From: Eledone cirrhosa | Taxonomy: Eukaryota | Direction: 5' to 3' | DNA length: 64,000 nucleotides | Assembly: GCA_964016885.1 (NCBI GenBank) | Contig: OZ024743.1 | Span: forward strand, 22,940,001 to 23,004,000 | Shown: in pieces, positions 14,438 to 28,232 of the stretch | Position numbering within the stretch: position 1 is the first letter of the stretch | Layout: the number at the start of each line of letters is the position of its first letter | Program-made: the position numbers and the translations under genes | Notes under the pieces: generated by a model | What the model was told of the DNA's origin: nothing | What the model saw: only the letters and a program-made list of their open reading frames with translations | The model's database searches: none

Positions 14438-16024
14438 TGTGTGTGTGTGTGTATATACATATGTGTACGCACATACATGCACACATATATATGTACGCAC
14501 AACCATATATTTCTACATGCACTTAATCTTATATATATATTTACATAAGTTCGTGTGTGTGCGTGAGCATGGATAACTTCAAGAAATTTTCATATTTACA
14601 CAAAAACGAAAGAATATTCCAGAGAATCGTGTGTTTAGGGAAGTAGCACGAAGAACATTAACAACAGCAACAGCAACATCAATAATAACATCAACAAACA
14701 TCAACAACGTCAAGAAATAGAGCTGCAAATAAGACAAGGAAGTGAGGCGATGCAAGAAATGTTTGAACGGAAGTGGAGAAAGAAGAATGAATGTGCGGTG
14801 AATTTGGTGTGTCAGTAGAAGTTTCATTCTACCATTCTACCATTCTCTCCCTTCCTCCCCCCCCCCCTCTCTCTCTCTCTTTCTCTCTTTCCATCCCTCG
14901 CTACCTCTCACTCTCTCGACCCCATTCTCTCTCTTTCTTGAGAGAGAGAAAGAGAGAGGGGGGGAGTCTTGTCTGATCGATGAAAAATAAGAATCTTCAA
15001 GAAAGAAAAGAAAAAAAAATGGGAGACATTCCATTGCTGCTGCTTGCTGCGCCATATTTATGTGGTGGGTATTTTTGGTTCGCGGTGGGGGAGGGTTGTT
15101 GCTGGAGTCCTTCCTCTTCTTGTTAGTAGTAGTAGTAGTAGTAGTAATGATGAAGGTGGTGGTGATGATGATGGTGGTGGTGGCGGCAGAAGTGGCGGTG
15201 GTGGTGGTCTTGCTTGTGCTGGTTCTGGTGCTGGTGGAGGTTTTGGTGGTGGTGAAGATGATGGTGTTGTTGTTGTTGTTGTTGTTGTTGGTGATGGTGG
15301 TGGTGGTCGCGGTGATGGTGGTATTAATGATCGTAGAAATGATGGCAGTCGGTCATATGTAGCAGTATATATATTTCTATCACTAGCTTTAAGGTTGTGT
15401 GAAATATCTGACTGGTTATAATAGTAGTGACTGGGAGAAAATACCTAGGAACCAGTACTGCGTGAAAACTTAATAGTAAAGTGCGGAATAGCATACATGA
15501 TAAAATGTTTTAGCTATATTGCTAATGATGGGTGCAAATGTTTTCAAAATGACAAATACTTCTTTCTTCTTCTTCGCTCGCGTAGGGCCCCACCCTTAAA
15601 AAAAAGTAGGAGAGTGAATCTCTAAATTCTAATTAATTAATATTAATGAAACAATTAATGCAGTGATAGAGAAATCTAATTTTCAATAATACAGTGGCAA
15701 TTTAGGGATCGTTTCAGTATTATTAGACCTAATCAGCGAAGCAGAGTATAATTGTTACTGCAAAGTCTTAAGAAAAATAAAATTATTTCGTGTATATTTT
15801 TTTCTGTGTATCAATAACAACTGTCGTAATAACTTACAAGTATGACTTGAGAAAACTAGTCAGGTCCGTCAGCTGAATGAAAATGTAATAGTAAAGTGGA
15901 AAATGTCGTATTACATGAGTACACCAAGAATTGCTAATTAAAATTACACCGTTAGTGATAAAAAGTATAATTATCTAAATGTGATTCTAACTTAGTCGAC
16001 GACAAAGACGATTGTTAATAGTTC

Positions 16025-16170
16025 AACCAATCACCACTCGTCGTTCTTGCTTTTATACTTCTCACGTGCATGCGCACAGTGCCATCTTCATATTCTGGCA
16101 GGAGAAACTTTGTTTTAAGTTACGAAATTCATGCTACAATTATTTAGCAGGAAGGCACCACTAGGTAAGC
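16025..16170 (+). promoter_or_regulatory. Candidate Pol II promoter and short first exon
   Basis: CCAAT (16027), CACGTG E-box (16063), NRF1-like GCATGCGCA, YY1-like GCCATCTT (16081) and donor AG|GTAAGC at 16165. Motif clustering only. Confidence 0.3.
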
Positions 16171-16361
16171 CGATAACCTAATTTTCGGAGACACAAAGGG
16201 GATAACATTTATATTGGTAGCTTACAAGGACACACATAGTTGTTTAAATTTAGCCTCAATAGTTGACTGATATTTTATATTATTGGTACTTGGAAGAATG
16301 TAACGCAAATTGACGTAGACGGGATTTGAACTCAGTGCAGCAAAGGAGCTTATAGAATAAT

Positions 16362-16570
16362 GGTTTCTTATTTAGGCACAAAGCCAACAATTTGGGGGGA
16401 GGGGAAAGTCGATTAAACCGACCCTAGTGCGTGACTGATACTTTATTTTATCGACCCCGTAAGGATGAAAGTCAAAGTTAAACTTGGTGGGATTTGAACT
16501 CGGATCATAAAGGGCAGTAACTCTATGCTGCATGTTGTCCGACGCCCTACCGATACTGCCAATCCGCTGC
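16362..16570 (-). mobile_element. SINE family A
   Basis: Same body and A/B boxes as the 8381 copy. Confidence 0.8.
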
Positions 16571-17139
16571 CCTGAGCTTATTGAATGATGCAATGTAATT
16601 TGTGGTAATGTCAACTAAAAGGCAACAACCATATTGTGTTGGAGAAGGAAAATAACAGCCTAGGGGCAATTGATAGCTGCTCATGCAAGTATTCGAGGAT
16701 AATTTCCAGAAATTTACATGCATAAAGAAACGTCTTTGCGCCCTTATTTCAAATTCCACCAAGCTCAATTTTACCTTTCATCTATCTGATATCAATAAAA
16801 CGATAAAACGAAGTACTAGGTTGATTCTTCTTCTATGTTTCTTTCTCAATTCCCCTTTATGATTTTGTCTTCCTCTTCCCTGGAAGAAAGCGGTTATGTC
16901 CAGGTATGGAGAGATGATCTCTACCATGTTTGAAGTATCAAAGAAACGCCCTACGATCTCACCAGAAGATAATGATCTATCCATAAATACAAGAAAATGT
17001 CAGCACTCTTGGAGTATTTGTTTGCGTGCAATGGCCAATATAGGCATGTTTCGGTCTATTTAAAACTATTTAAAATTGTTACTAACTTTATTAATTACTG
17101 GTCGATTTCCATAAAACAAGTTTTATTTTGAACAGTCTA

Positions 17140-17530
17140 ATGGTAGAAGTGCAAGACCATCTTAACATTTTACATAGGCACCAGTATTGCCCACAAGTGC
17201 TTGCAATAGTCTTGGTATATCCTCAACTCACTTCATCAGTATATGACGAATGCATTCCTCCAATTGAATCAGAATTTCTGGTTTTGAGCTATAAAATTCT
17301 TCCTTCGCCCATCCCCACAGAACAAAATCGCATGACATTAAATCAGGACTTCTTGGTGGTTACTCATGTGGACCTCAACGACCCAGCCAACGTCCTAGAA
17401 CATCACGATACTCACGGGCAGTGATTGCATGAAGAGGGGGCGCCATTTTGCATGAATATGAGGTCATTGATGTTGTCCCAAGTAGTCACAGTAGGTCAAA
17501 CGTTCTCAGTAATTTTCAATAGGAAGGGGT
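17140..17530 (-). mobile_element. Degenerate Tc1/mariner-superfamily transposase fragment (DDxD catalytic region)
   Basis: Minus strand IFMQNGAP...GRWLGR*GPHE*PPRSPDLMSCDFVLWGWAKEEFY resembles FQQDGAP...WPPRSPDLxPxDFFLWG. Confidence 0.8.
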
Positions 17531-17549
17531 TTTCTTTCTAGCCACTCTG

Positions 17550-17580
<31 letters not shown>

Positions 17581-17582
17581 AC

Positions 17583-17635
<53 letters not shown>

Positions 17636-17746
17636 ATGTAGACGAAAACAACAAAGCAAACAACTGTACAATGACGAAATATATTAGTTTAACGCTTGAT
17701 ATAAGGAAAGAGTCTACGATTTTTTTACCCAAAATGGTAGTATATA

Positions 17747-17838
<92 letters not shown>

Positions 17839-18304
17839 GAGTTAAAAGCACGAATTTGGAGAAAAGTGCTAAACTTTGTCAGAAAAGAATTCTTAAATAA
17901 ATGAAATTTTCCTCATATTTACAAGATATTATTAAATTAGAGATAATTTGTTTTCTCTATGTTGTATTTCATTAATCCCTAACCTCGAACGGCCTGTAAG
18001 TAAAAGCCATTACCTATGCCTCATTTTCCAGACCTATCAAACAAAATACAAAGGTCAGCTACTATCGAGCAGACACCAAACGTGTTCCAACAGTGAGACC
18101 CCCGCCTTTTTTTCAGATATACTGTAGCTATGACTATACTTTTTACTATTTCCGTTCCTTTCTATGCACAAGAAAACGAAGATTAAACTACTATTCGCAG
18201 CTTGTTATAGTTACTGTTCATCTGCAGTTTAGTCGTGATTCCACATGTAGGTCACTGTTGTTATTGGCTTTCCGTCGGTTCCGGCGGCGAGTGTTCCATA
18301 TGAT

Positions 18305-18575
18305 CTAACAACAGAACAGCCTGCTCATGAAATTAACGTGCAAGTGGCTGAGCATTCCACAGACACGTTTTCCCTTCATGTAGTACGCAGGAAGATTCAA
18401 CGTGACAGAGGTTGACGAGGCTGGCTCTTTGAAATAAAAGTACATCTTATTTTTGCCAGCTGAGTGAACAGAAACAACATGAAATAAAGTGTCTTGCTCG
18501 CGAACACAACTCGCCCCCTGGCATCGAACTAACGACCTTACAATCGTGAGCCAAACAGATTAACTACTAAGCTAC
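18305..18575 (-). mobile_element. tRNA-derived SINE family B
   Basis: Minus strand GTAGCTTAGTAGTTA (A-box), GTTCGATGCC (B-box) and GAGCAAGACACTTTATTTCA core shared with the 37802 copy. Confidence 0.7.
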
Positions 18576-18914
18576 AATGTATGTAGGTAGCATGCTAAAT
18601 TACTATTCTGCAGTGTAATTGTTTGGTATGCAAGCTGGGAGGTTGCACTTTAAGAAATTTGGCTGCTATTTCAAGCAGTTAGAGTGAAGGCTATGGTATA
18701 TTAGGTACAGTATGATAGTATATATTGGGTGTATGTGTATTGATGTAATATTTTGTAGTGTTGTAGTGTTGTAGTAAGATGTGATGTGTTGCTTTTGGTG
18801 ATGTCATTGTTGTTTCTGCTGTTGTTGCTCTTGTTGATGTTACAGTTGTTGTTATTGTTTAACCCCATATCAACCCTACTAGTGTATAGCTATGATAAAA
18901 GTCAGTGCAGCCGT

Positions 18915-19085
18915 GGGTGGATTGGCAGTATCGGTAGAAGGTCGGACGCCATGCTTTGACGCACAGAGTTACGGCCCTTGTCATTCTGAGTTCAAATCCA
19001 GTCGAGGTCAATACGGGGTCAATAAAATAAAGTACCAGTAATGCACTGGGTAATTGCTGGCCTTGTGCCAAAAGTAGAAGCAATT
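18915..19085 (+). mobile_element. SINE family A
   Basis: GGATTGGCAGTATCGGTAG...CTGAGTTCAAATCC...GTAGAAGCAATT. Confidence 0.85.
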
Positions 19086-19875
19086 ATATTTTATAAAAGG
19101 TAACTATGACTACATATCTACTGTATCCTTAGCTTTTATTCTTTTTAATGCAGTTGCTTTTGTTGTTATTGTTGGTGGTGTTGTTTGTGTTATTGTTGTT
19201 GCAGTTGTTTTTGGTGTTGTTGTTATTGGTGGTGGTTGTGGTATTGTTATTGTTGTTGCTAGTGTCTGGTGCTTTTTGTTGGTGTTACTGTTGTTGTTGT
19301 TGGTGGTGAAGTTTTTATTGATATTGTTGTTGTTATTGCTGGAGGCGCTGTTGTTGTTGATATTGGTGGTGGTTGTATTAGTTTTCGTTGCTGTTTTTGT
19401 TGTTGGTGGTGGTGGTGGTGGTGGTGGTGGTGGTGGTGTTACTGTTAATTCCAAGCGAGCTTGTTTTCTTGACTTGGTTCCCAATTCTTCAATTGAAGCC
19501 AGCCATTCACAGATTTCTTTCTTTTACCAAACTATCCACGAGCCGGCAAAGAGGTCCGCACGTGGTCTCACAATCTGTTAGACATAGTAACTAATCTCCC
19601 CTCATCAAAACCTTAGTTTAAGTTATATTGTTGATCGAACGATTGTACTTAGACCGAATATCGAAGGGGCTATACGTATACTTAAGCAAGGCTGATCGGA
19701 GGCTATACCACAAACATCACCCTACTGCCCCTGGGAAAAGCAGGAACATCATTATATAACCATATTCCTACTATATTAATTTGAGGCAATATATAGCTAT
19801 TATCTTTAATCATTATAGTCATAAATTATTATTGTTGTGTCGTGTTGATATTACAGTAGTAGTAGTAGTAGTAGC

Positions 19876-19918
<43 letters not shown>

Positions 19919-19938
19919 CCAGCAGCAGCAGTAGCAGC

Positions 19939-20009
<71 letters not shown>

Positions 20010-20038
20010 CGGCAGCAGCAGCAGCAGCAACAGCAATG

Positions 20039-20081
<43 letters not shown>

Positions 20082-21756
20082 TAGTAGTAGTAGTGGTAGT
20101 AGTAGTAGTAGTAGCTGTTGTTCTTCCCTATGTAGTATATATGTTGATATAGTTGTAGAAGTATATATAGGATATTTACAGTTGCTATTTAACAACTCTA
20201 GTAGTTGTATTTCTTGCAGTGTGGTCTGAGCATGGAGCATAGCCGAACTGTTAAGAAATTCTCTTCGCAATCACAAAGCTACGGGTTTTATACCACTTTG
20301 TGGTATTTTGGGCAAGTATATTTTGCCATATCCTCGAGTTGACTTAAGCGTAGTGAGTAAACTGTGCGTAGCCCGTCAGATGGATTTTACATATAACTCA
20401 AACCTTCAGACAGTCACATTGATTCTGCCTGGTTATTACTGTAATGGTACACGTGTCTGTTCAGATGAGAGAGTGTTTTTTCTTTTTATGTTATAATTCA
20501 ATGTTAAATAATATTAAGGTTTTAGAAACTTGATCAAACATAGCTAAAATAAAACGTCCAGACAGAACCACTCTATTTTAAAGCTATGTTTTAGAACAAT
20601 GTTATCCAAAGTGTCCATAAAATATCGAAGACTGTTAAGATATGATTTGATATTTGGCTACTATTTCTACCAGATTAGATAGTCACTACATACAGATTTG
20701 ATACAATAGACTAAGTGCTGTAGCTGTTATGATAGCCATGTTAAATATTTACATATACGCTATAACTTTGTCTTGTCTCAATACCGAATGAGTGAATGTC
20801 CCGAAGGACAAATAATTACAGAATCACGTGTCTGACATTCTAACCGACTACTGAGATATGATCGTAGCTTAAATCATTCGTAGGGAGACTCTTGTGTGTT
20901 TATCTTACATAAAGATATCGTATATGCCTTAATATATACACCCATGATGAAACACGCTATGTGTTATAGATTACCCGTTTTTCGTTCAAAATCAATACAA
21001 TTAGAACCTATCATGGATTAAATCAATTAAAATGATTTCACTCTACAATGAAAATATATGGTCTTGTGTCGATGTAAGAAGCAATAATCTTGTTCACATT
21101 AGAATAATGAACTGACAGAGGCGGTAGAGCACCGAACTAAAAACCTTTACCCTTTTTTTCTTTTTCCTTGATTCGAGATTTTCTACATATTCTAAGAACT
21201 AAAATAGAACAATTTAGTTTGATAATATGTACTGCTGTACTTATAATAAAGATGTCCTGGGGCTTGACATTTCCATTCATTCGTCTGCTGTTGATAAAAG
21301 AATCAGTCCAATAGGAGAGTTCTTGGAATCAACATCTCCTGTCGCACAATGTGTATCACTATTATAAAACATCATTCACAGGTAATCGTTTGAATCTACT
21401 TGCTTGCAATTCCTTCTAACTCAAAGCCTTCTACTTGTAAAATTAAATAGACAAGTGTAATTGGAGTAAATAATTTAAAACGTTAGTATGACAAATTATA
21501 GTTAATACTAATATTACAAGTGGAAATTTTGTGGTTTATTTTGAAAACTATAACGTTGTTCGAAGTTTATAGAGAACCATGAAATGCATAGTTAATAGTA
21601 ATGCTGAAAATGTGCCTTAGGATAGGTTTCATCCATGAAACCTATATATTTTGTGTCACCTCAAATATTGAACGAAATCGAAAACATCATATATAATTAT
21701 ATTTTCGGTGTAAAACTATAATCCCATTAAACAAAAAAAAGACACGCGATTGCGGA

Positions 21757-21858
<102 letters not shown>

Positions 21859-23095
21859 ACTCGTGACTCTTTGTGCAGTCGTAGGAGCACCGTAGTGGCA
21901 TATGGTATTTTAAAAACGTGATAGAGTCCATATGCTCTCAACCAATTTCTTCCAGAGAAGAAGAGAATAATAGAGACGGAGTGAGAAATAAATATAGAGC
22001 AATAATAATAATAATTTTTTATCGACCACGAAAAGATGTCAGTCAAAGTTGACTTTGGTGGATTTTGAAGTAAGAGAACTAAGAGCCGGAACGAATAAGG
22101 CAAACCTGTCTGACCGACGTTGTAACAACCCTACCAATTTGCCTCCATATATATATATAGAGTCAATAGCAGATTAATAGTATAACTGTATACTATTAAT
22201 TATATATTGCAAATAACTCCTCTTTAAATATGGCTACCTTCATTACCATACATGTTTATGTATCTATAAAGAAAATTGCTTTCATTTATCTTCACCTAAA
22301 CTCTTTTAGTAATTACTGCCGACGCCCACACAAACTGCACTAACCTAAAGGTATGGACAAATATGTGGTCGTTTGACTTGCTAGAAATAGCATCCAAAAA
22401 CGCTTTAAAATTCTCCCCTACTTTCTCATAAATTGAGCGACGCATGGAAAATGTTGTTTTAGATTATACATAAAAGACGAGTTACTTCACAGCTTGATGA
22501 CTTGCTGGAAATAGCAACGAAAACGCTCTAAAATTGCACATTGTCTCTTTTAAATAAATGTATTTCTAAATAAACAAAATAGAAATAAAGTTCACAGCTA
22601 AAAGGCCTGCAAGAAATAACAATTGAAAACGCTCTAAAATCATTCCCTACTGTCTTATAAAGAGAGAGATACATTTAGAAATGTACTCTTACATGTACAA
22701 AAAAAGACAGAATATCTCATAGATAGAAGGCCTTCGTCGTGGGGCAGCTTAATCAGAGTTTTCTTTTGGTTCAATAGCAACTACAAACTATCAGGAAAAG
22801 ATAATAGTGAGATGGTCTCTATATGATCATTCAGCCCTCTAGCACAATTATGATCATCTCAAAAACATTTTATCATTTTTTTTTTAAATGTTATAGTCGA
22901 TAATATAAGTGTGGATACATTGACTGAAAAAGGGCAAGATAGACTTTTCTGGAACACTTAGAAAGCTGGCCTGACCTAGTGTTGACCAGAGGCTGCAATA
23001 CAGCAATAATTTTCAGCTAAGAATTAATTCTAATATTGATTAATTAAATTGTCACAATATATATCTATCTTATCGAATCGCGTCACGTTTTTAGT

Positions 23096-23136
<41 letters not shown>

Positions 23137-23206
23137 GTATATGAATTTGTTTTGTAATTTTGTAAGGTTTTTTATATGAATATAAACAAATATTGTTATA
23201 TATATA

Positions 23207-23341
23207 TATTGTTATATTTGGGGAGGTTCATGTTGTTATAATATTGCCATATATATATATTTCTGGCAATATTATAACAACATGACCCTCCCTGAATATA
23301 ACAATATACATAGATATATATATATACATATATGTATATAC

Positions 23342-23387
<46 letters not shown>

Positions 23388-23487
23388 ATATATTGTTATA
23401 TTTGGAGAGGTTCATGTTGTTATAATATTGCCAAATATATATATTTCTAGCAATATTATAACATGTCCCTCCCCAAATATAACAATA
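23207..23487. repeat. Two ~100-bp mini-palindromes (23207-23306, 23391-23487) in (TA)n
   Basis: TATTGTTATATTTGG.GAGGTTCATGTTGTTATAATATTGCCA...GCAATATTATAAC..CATG.CCCTCCC..AATATAACAATA. The termini resemble those of the 32122 element. Confidence 0.75.
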
Positions 23488-23491
23488 TATA

Positions 23492-23542
<51 letters not shown>

Positions 23543-23952
23543 GACTCTTTTTGTTTAGTTTTTTTCGATTTCTATATATATACAACAGCTTAATGATGTA
23601 GAGAAAAGAATGTATCTAAATATTTGTTGTGGGGTGGGGAAATATTATGGGATTTTCAATTAAAACCATTTCAGGTACAATTCAAAACAGTGTTAAAGCA
23701 GAACTACAAAATATTCGCTATGATTGGGTATAACTTAGAATTATTTCTATTTCAAAATAATTCAAAATGTATTTCATTACAATTATATAGAAGCATACTT
23801 CCACAACTAGATCATATGCACAAATACATAGGCGAACATATATCTTCGTATAAACGCAAGAAACACAGGTGTGTGTGTGTATGAGTCCCCGGATTCAATC
23901 GAGGTTAACCACAGTTAATAAGCTATTGGGCACATTAGTAGAGTATAAACAA

Positions 23953-24083
23953 CATGTTTAATATAGAAATGGCTTCTACAGGACAGGAACTGTTTCATTC
24001 AAAAGAATCAGTGTTTTTCCTGATGATTTCTTTTGAAAACAAACAGTTCTAGTTCTGTAGAAGCCATTTCTATATTAATCATG
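23953..24083. repeat. Imperfect palindrome abutting (TA)n, probably a pLTR remnant
   Basis: TTAATATAGAAATGGCTTCTACAG / CTGTAGAAGCCATTTCTATATTAA arms, with CTGATGA near the centre. Confidence 0.65.
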
Positions 24084-24110
24084 ATATATATATATATATT
24101 ATATAGATAT

Positions 24111-24160
<50 letters not shown>

Positions 24161-24521
24161 ATAATATGTATATAAGGGTTTAGATAATATCCAATGATAT
24201 ATATATATGGGGGCTGTATTTGTAGGTGTGTCTGTGTTTAGACACATGCACACACATGCATATATATGCACATATATATCTTTATATTTATACATATAAT
24301 GCATATATATATATAATTTAAACATATTATATATATATATAATATATATATATATATACATTTATATATATATATGTATGTATACATACATACATACATA
24401 CATATATATATGTATATATATATCTTTATTCATATAATATATATATATATATATATAATATGCGTGTGTGTGTGTATATATATATATACACATGATATAC
24501 CTAAATAAATAAATATATTTA

Positions 24522-24561
<40 letters not shown>

Positions 24562-24631
24562 GTATATATATATATGTGGGGGGGGGGGGTTACATATAAT
24601 GTATATATATATGTATGTATATACATACATG

Positions 24632-24689
<58 letters not shown>

Positions 24690-24737
24690 GTGTGTGTGTG
24701 TGTGTAAATGCAGTGAGAGTAATCTTTACATTCACTG

Positions 24738-24770
<33 letters not shown>

Positions 24771-25074
24771 TATATATGTCACGTATAATACACTAATACA
24801 CTAAATATATAAAACTAGGAAATGTAGAAATAATAATGATAATGAAAATAAAAATATATAAATTATCGTTATATTAATTTCGCTGCTAATCAGAATATTT
24901 TTGAGATTTAAAAAAATGCAGATATTTCCCTGTCTTTAAAATACTGATATTTGAAACAATGATAACTTTCATGAAGCAAAACATGTTAGATAGTGAAGGA
25001 TGTGGAAAGAGATGATTGGACAGTCGTTTTCAAATGTAGTGGCAAAGATATGTATTATGGATATGAATGTATAA

Positions 25075-25109
<35 letters not shown>

Positions 25110-25110
25110 T

Positions 25111-25208
<98 letters not shown>

Positions 25209-25588
25209 TATATGTATATATATATATGAAAACAGGGAGAAAGAGACGATTAGGAGGGAAGAAAAAATTTTTTTTTTTCCTTTTTTGTTTCTCTCTCTCT
25301 TTTTTTCTGGGTTAGAAAATGATTTAAAACGAAATGTTTCCTCTCCACATTTTATTATTATTATATATATATATATATACTTGTATATACATAAAAACAT
25401 ATTTTGAATGTATATATATATATATATATTATATATATATATATATAGGAAATATATATATATATACATATACCATATATATATATAGTGTTATGTATAT
25501 GTATATATATATATAGTGTATGTGTATGTATATGTATAAATATAAAGTATATATATACATTCATAATATGTTTTTATGTATATACAGG

Positions 25589-25661
<73 letters not shown>

Positions 25662-25874
25662 TACTTATATATACTTATATATATTATTCGCACCAGTTCT
25701 TGTCCGATAACCCTAAGTGATAAACAGGCGAATCTCCAGAGTAACAAGACTCAATATTTAGCCATAATAAAAATGAATAATAAAATTCTACTCCAATATT
25801 GAGTACTCATTTTCTCTCACCAGTCAACTGCATACAGATACACATACACACACACATCTATATATATATATATA

Positions 25875-25952
<78 letters not shown>

Positions 25953-26306
25953 TAGTAATAATAATAAATGTGAAGACTAAAATCCAAAGAGACTCGATAA
26001 GGATAAATATATATTAAATATATATATAAATATATATATATATATCACTAGTTTCCTAAATGAATATGTGTATGTATTGGAAAAAATTGCTATAACTATA
26101 TTATAAAGGAAACTAAATTTTAGTTTAATCAATAAATTAAATTAAACATTAAAAAAAAATGTTAATCATATGACATTTTTAAATGTTGTGTCTATTTTAT
26201 TTTACTATAGGCTATTACTGCTCCCTATTAATATACAAAAACATTGATTATGCCTTTACAAACACACACACAAATACACACACACACATACACGCACACA
26301 CACATC

Positions 26307-26344
<38 letters not shown>

Positions 26345-26481
26345 AAGTATGTTTTGAAACAGTGAGCCGGTTGAAATTAGAAAATTGAATAGCTTTCACC
26401 GTATTTTTTTTACTAAAGAATATTTTAGCCTGATAATGGGGTATAGAACCCTCAGATAAATGGAAAAAGTATTGACGTACA

Positions 26482-26568
<87 letters not shown>

Positions 26569-26683
26569 TCTCTTCTGCATTCTGGTAAGCTTTTACCACT
26601 TCGATAGCAGACGAAACGGTAAAAGTTTAACCGTAGGGCAGAAAGTGTGCATCTAACCGGTTTTTATATATATGTATATATAT

Positions 26684-26768
<85 letters not shown>

Positions 26769-26769
26769 G

Positions 26770-26958
26770 GTAGAACACTGGATGGTAATATACGTAGTGG
26801 TAGAGCACTCAGTCCATGGGACGAGTTTGGTAGAAGTAGTAACACAACAGTTAGTTCACCATACCGAGAACAATTGTTTCACCTTATACGGATCTTCAGT
26901 CCGAGCTGAAGATCCGTGTGAAACAATTGTTCTCGGTATGGTGAACTATCTGTTGTGA
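26770..26958 (-). mobile_element. Penelope-like pLTR family 2: tail + fold-back palindrome with hammerhead (same family as 58464-59150)
   Basis: Arms about 26843-26899 and 26906-26957. CCGAG-CTGAAGA-TCCGTGT-GAAACAATTGTT-CTCGG at 26901-26936 (helix I CCGAG/CTCGG, palindromic ACAATTGT). Confidence 0.75.
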
Positions 26959-26971
26959 TATATATATATAT

Positions 26972-27197
26972 ATATTTATTAAAATAACAGATTAAAGTTT
27001 AAGCAAAGAATCGCTGCTTTCATCCTTAACGGGATCTTCTGAAGATCCCGTTAAGGATGAAAGCAGCGATTCTTTGCTTAAACTTTAATCTGTTATTTTA
27101 ATAAATATTTGCTCTACGGTTCTTATATATTTGATATATATTTATCCTTATCGAGCCCTCTTTGGATTTTAGTCTTCAAATTTATTATTATTACTAT
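26972..27197 (+). mobile_element. pLTR family 3: perfect 137-bp palindrome (centre T27040) + tail, in (TA)n
   Basis: 68-bp arms with no mismatch seen. CTGAAGA-TCC-CGTTAA-GGA-TGAAAG starts at the centre. Related pieces at 25953-26015, 31490-31550, 31572-31680 and 40700-40872. Confidence 0.75.
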
Positions 27198-27229
27198 GTA
27201 TATATATATATATATATGTATATGTACGC

Positions 27230-27269
<40 letters not shown>

Positions 27270-27271
<2 letters not shown>

Positions 27272-27425
27272 ATATTCAGGATCCCGACGGCTGAGCTCCG
27301 GCCGTTTCAACAGCTAGATCCGAACTCGGGGTCGTGAATTTTTTCTTATTATCCACTCTACTACCCCAAGTATCGAGTACTCTGGTGAGTAATGGTCTAA
27401 CTGGTCTCTACCTCCACCAATCTGA
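27270..27425. mobile_element. pLTR-like family 4 fragments in (TA)n (also 27585-27740, 30266-30350, 31740-31924, 38268-38322)
   Basis: Shared ACCAGAGTACTCGATACTT.GGGTAGTA and GACGGC.GAGCTC..GCCGTTTC modules. The minus strand reads GAAACGGC...GCCGTC (hammerhead helix III + GUC). Confidence 0.55.
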
Positions 27426-27428
27426 TAA

Positions 27429-27585
<157 letters not shown>

Positions 27586-28094
27586 GGAAAATGTTTAACC
27601 CCGACGGCAGAGCTCAAGCCGTTTCGACGGCTATTTCTGGACTTATGGTGCGTTATGGTCCATCTGGTTCCTTACCACACCTCCTTCGTTATATATACAC
27701 AGTTAATAAATGAAACACAAAACAGGAGGCAATTTTTTTACATATATATATATGTGTATGTGTGTATATATATATATATATATAAAGAAATAAGTCAATA
27801 TGTTTATATTTTAAGAGGAAGCAGTAATATTATATAGTAAAATAAAATAGAAATATGATTTTAAAATGTCATGATTTTGATATTTTATTTTGTTTTAATA
27901 CAGAATGTTTAATTGACTGGTTAGATAAAATTTATTTTCCTCTATATAATATTCATAGTAATTTTACTTAGTGTGTCCGTATATGTACATACGTATATAC
28001 ATATATACATGTATGCATGCATATATGTATGTGTGTATGTATGAATGCATGTATGTAAACCTTTAAACAATCTGGTGTCATGCAAGAGACTTAC

Positions 28095-28232
28095 CCTGCC
28101 ACTACGTGGTTGATCTTCTTCATCATCGTAAATTCCATCATCATATTCATATTCGGTTGCAGCAACTCTTAATTCACTGATGGTCACTGCTAGAATTAGA
28201 AATGCCAAGAGTGCACGGTATTTGGCAACCAT
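28095..28232 (-). CDS. First coding exon of a secreted or membrane protein (signal peptide + acidic Tyr-rich segment)
   Basis: MVAKYRALLAFLILAVTISELRVAA-TEYEYDDGIYDDEEDQPRSGR. AAAATGG start context. Perfect GTAAGT donor in phase 0 right after 28095. Unique sequence. Confidence 0.75.

Noticed and set aside
16778-16984. Minus-strand ORF as a second exon of the 28232 gene
   Set aside because: No recognisable domain, and no acceptor/donor pair giving a convincing phase-0 open exon.
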